64,000 nt of DNA, from NCBI GenBank assembly GCA_003222115.1, contig QHUL01000050.1:17086-81085 (forward strand), written 5' to 3'. The notes under the pieces are model-generated. The model made no database searches, was not told where the DNA came from, and saw only the letters and a program-made list of their open reading frames with translations. The position numbers were made by a program, and so were the translations under genes. Of the stretch, positions 61,594 through 64,000 are shown one piece after another. Source of the DNA: Gemmatimonadota bacterium (GTDB lineage Bacteria; Gemmatimonadota; Gemmatimonadetes; Gemmatimonadales; GWC2-71-9). Positions within the stretch are counted from its first letter, which is position 1. The number at the start of each line of letters is the position of its first letter.

Positions 61594-61638
61594 GTCAGCC
61601 ATCAGCTTTCGGCTGACGGCTGACGGCTGACCGCTCAG
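61594..61638. terminator. Hairpin built from GTCAGCC / GGCTGAC heptamers, overlapping the stop codon of the MocA-like gene
   Basis: GTCAGCCATCAGC (61594-61606) pairs with GCTGACGGCTGAC within the array GGCTGAC GGCTGAC GGCTGAC CGCTCAG (61611-61638). The stop TGA is at 61635-61637. Confidence 0.55.
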
Positions 61639-62246
61639 TAGATGTCCCGATTCACCTCCCGCACCAAGCGCTCGTAGTCGGCGGGCGTATTGAGGTCGTC
61701 GATGACAGCCGGATCGTCCGCCGCGACGCAGTGGATCCGGTCCGCGTGAGCCTGGAGCACGGCCCGGGCGCCGTGCCGCGTCGCGTCGTTGCTCGACGCG
61801 AGCTCCCGGAAAAGCTCGTGGTCCCAGATCACCGGGTGACCGCGCCGCTCGCCGAACGTCGGGACGACCGCGGCGGCAGCAGTGCGGCGATACGCTTCGA
61901 TCAGCCGCTCGACGGTGGCGACGCGGACGTGAGGGAGGTCCACCGGCCAGACGAGCAGCCCGGACGGTCGCACGGTCTGGAGCGCCCGCAGCGCGGCTCG
62001 CAGCGAGGCGATCGACCCGCCCGCCACGTCGGCGTTTTCGACGACGATGCAGTCGTGCGCCGCCAGTGCAGGACGAATGCGGGGGGCGTCGGGCCCCAGC
62101 ACGACCACGCGGGGCCTGACCTCCAGGGCCTCCAGCGCCTCGAGGATCCGGATCACGAAGGGCTGGCCCCGGAAGTCCAAGAGGGCTTTGGGAGTGCCCA
62201 TGCGCTCCGAGCGCCCGGCCGCTAACACCAGCCCCGCGAGGGACAT
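61635..62246 (-). CDS. MobA/MocA-like nucleotidyltransferase (molybdenum-cofactor cytidylyl/guanylyl-transferase family)
   Basis: This is the C-terminal 203 aa of track ORF 61635..62807. The N-terminus is MSLAGLVLAAGRSERMGTPKALL, and WPVDLP is also present. Confidence 0.75.
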   Translation of the reverse strand: MSLAGLVLAAGRSERMGTPKALLDFRGQPFVIRILEALEALEVRPRVVVLGPDAPRIRPALAAHDCIVVENADVAGGSIASLRAALRALQTVRPSGLLVWPVDLPHVRVATVERLIEAYRRTAAAAVVPTFGERRGHPVIWDHELFRELASSNDATRHGARAVLQAHADRIHCVAADDPAVIDDLNTPADYERLVREVNRDIY

Positions 62247-62306
62247 GAGGGGTCTGTAGGTTACCGTGGGTTGCAGGTCGGTCGCAAATCCCCAAATTGG
62301 CGCCCC

Positions 62307-62852
62307 ATGGCAGTCCGCCGCATTCGCCAACTGGGCGATCCCGTGCTGCGGGCCCGCTGCGAGCGGGTCCACGACCCGATGTCCGCCGCGACGCGGCTCA
62401 TCGCCGACGACCTGCGCGACACGCTGCGCGCCGCGAAGCGGAAATACAGAATGGGCCGGGCGCTCGCGGCCTCCCAAATCGGCGCGCCGGTGCGCATCGT
62501 GTTCGTGGAGGTCGACAAGCAGCGTTGGACGATGATCAACCCCGAGATCACCGACGTGGGGCCCGACGACTTCCTCGTTTGGGACGACTGTTTCTCGTTT
62601 CCCAACCTGCTGGTGCGAGTGACGCGCGCGTACACGGCGACGCTGACGTATACAGACTTGAAGGGGAAGCAGCACACGATGCAGCTCGACGGCCCGATGT
62701 CGGAACTGCTGCAGCACGAGATCGACCACCTGGACGGGATCCTCGCCGTGGACCGGGCGAGCGGCCTCGACCCGTTCGCGTTCCGGACGGAGTGGGAGAA
62801 GCTCCACAGGGACCCGGAGCGCTACAGCCCGCCAAAACCCAGGGAGATCTGA
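62307..62852 (+). CDS. def: Peptide deformylase (divergent motif 2)
   Basis: Motif 1 is GRALAASQIG and motif 3 is QHEIDHLDG. Motif 2 reads DDCFSFP instead of EGCLS. The ATG at 62307 is internal to the track ORF. Confidence 0.8.
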   Translation: MAVRRIRQLGDPVLRARCERVHDPMSAATRLIADDLRDTLRAAKRKYRMGRALAASQIGAPVRIVFVEVDKQRWTMINPEITDVGPDDFLVWDDCFSFPNLLVRVTRAYTATLTYTDLKGKQHTMQLDGPMSELLQHEIDHLDGILAVDRASGLDPFAFRTEWEKLHRDPERYSPPKPREI

Positions 62853-62932
62853 AGGCCGCCGTTGGCAGCCAGTATCGCGACATCATCACATCACCAGGCT
62901 GCGATTCCGTAGCGCCGCCCGCCCGCTAGATT

Positions 62933-64000
<1,068 letters not shown>

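Overview
The window is high-GC, gene-dense bacterial chromosome with about 60 protein genes and no rRNA, tRNA, CRISPR array, transposase or phage gene that I could recognise. Gene content suggests a Gemmatimonadota-like lineage, but that is inference only. It is mostly housekeeping and is probably origin-proximal, since it carries mnmG, a near-consensus parS and parAB. Other recognisable content includes a sufR-sufBCDSU operon, lon, rsgA, queG, def, a TPP riboswitch followed by thiC (absent from the ORF track because it runs off the window), a fatty-acid beta-oxidation pair, glpD, and several secreted peptidases. Many long ORFs in the track are alternative-frame or antisense artefacts of the GC bias, so several true starts lie internal to the listed ORFs. 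Three things seem most worth a second look. (1) Gene boundaries carry hairpins built from inverted arrays of tandem 7-8 nt units; one pair of arrays brackets a four-helix-bundle ORF of the type found in 23S rRNA intervening sequences, inserted between an ABC permease gene and mnmG. (2) A translationally coupled 7-gene minus-strand cluster spans 36900-44186. It encodes a kynureninase-like PLP enzyme, a LOG protein, a deoxyhypusine-synthase-like protein, an MFS transporter, a Ddl-like ATP-grasp ligase, a multi-zinc-ribbon HExxH peptidase, and an Asp/Glu-racemase homologue whose first catalytic Cys is replaced by Asp. (3) parA, parB, an M23 peptidase gene and a bactofilin gene form a coupled operon. 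Smaller items include a frameshifted alpha/beta hydrolase and a leaderless-looking sufR promoter. All calls rest on reading motifs by eye. No database search, RNA folding or statistics was run.
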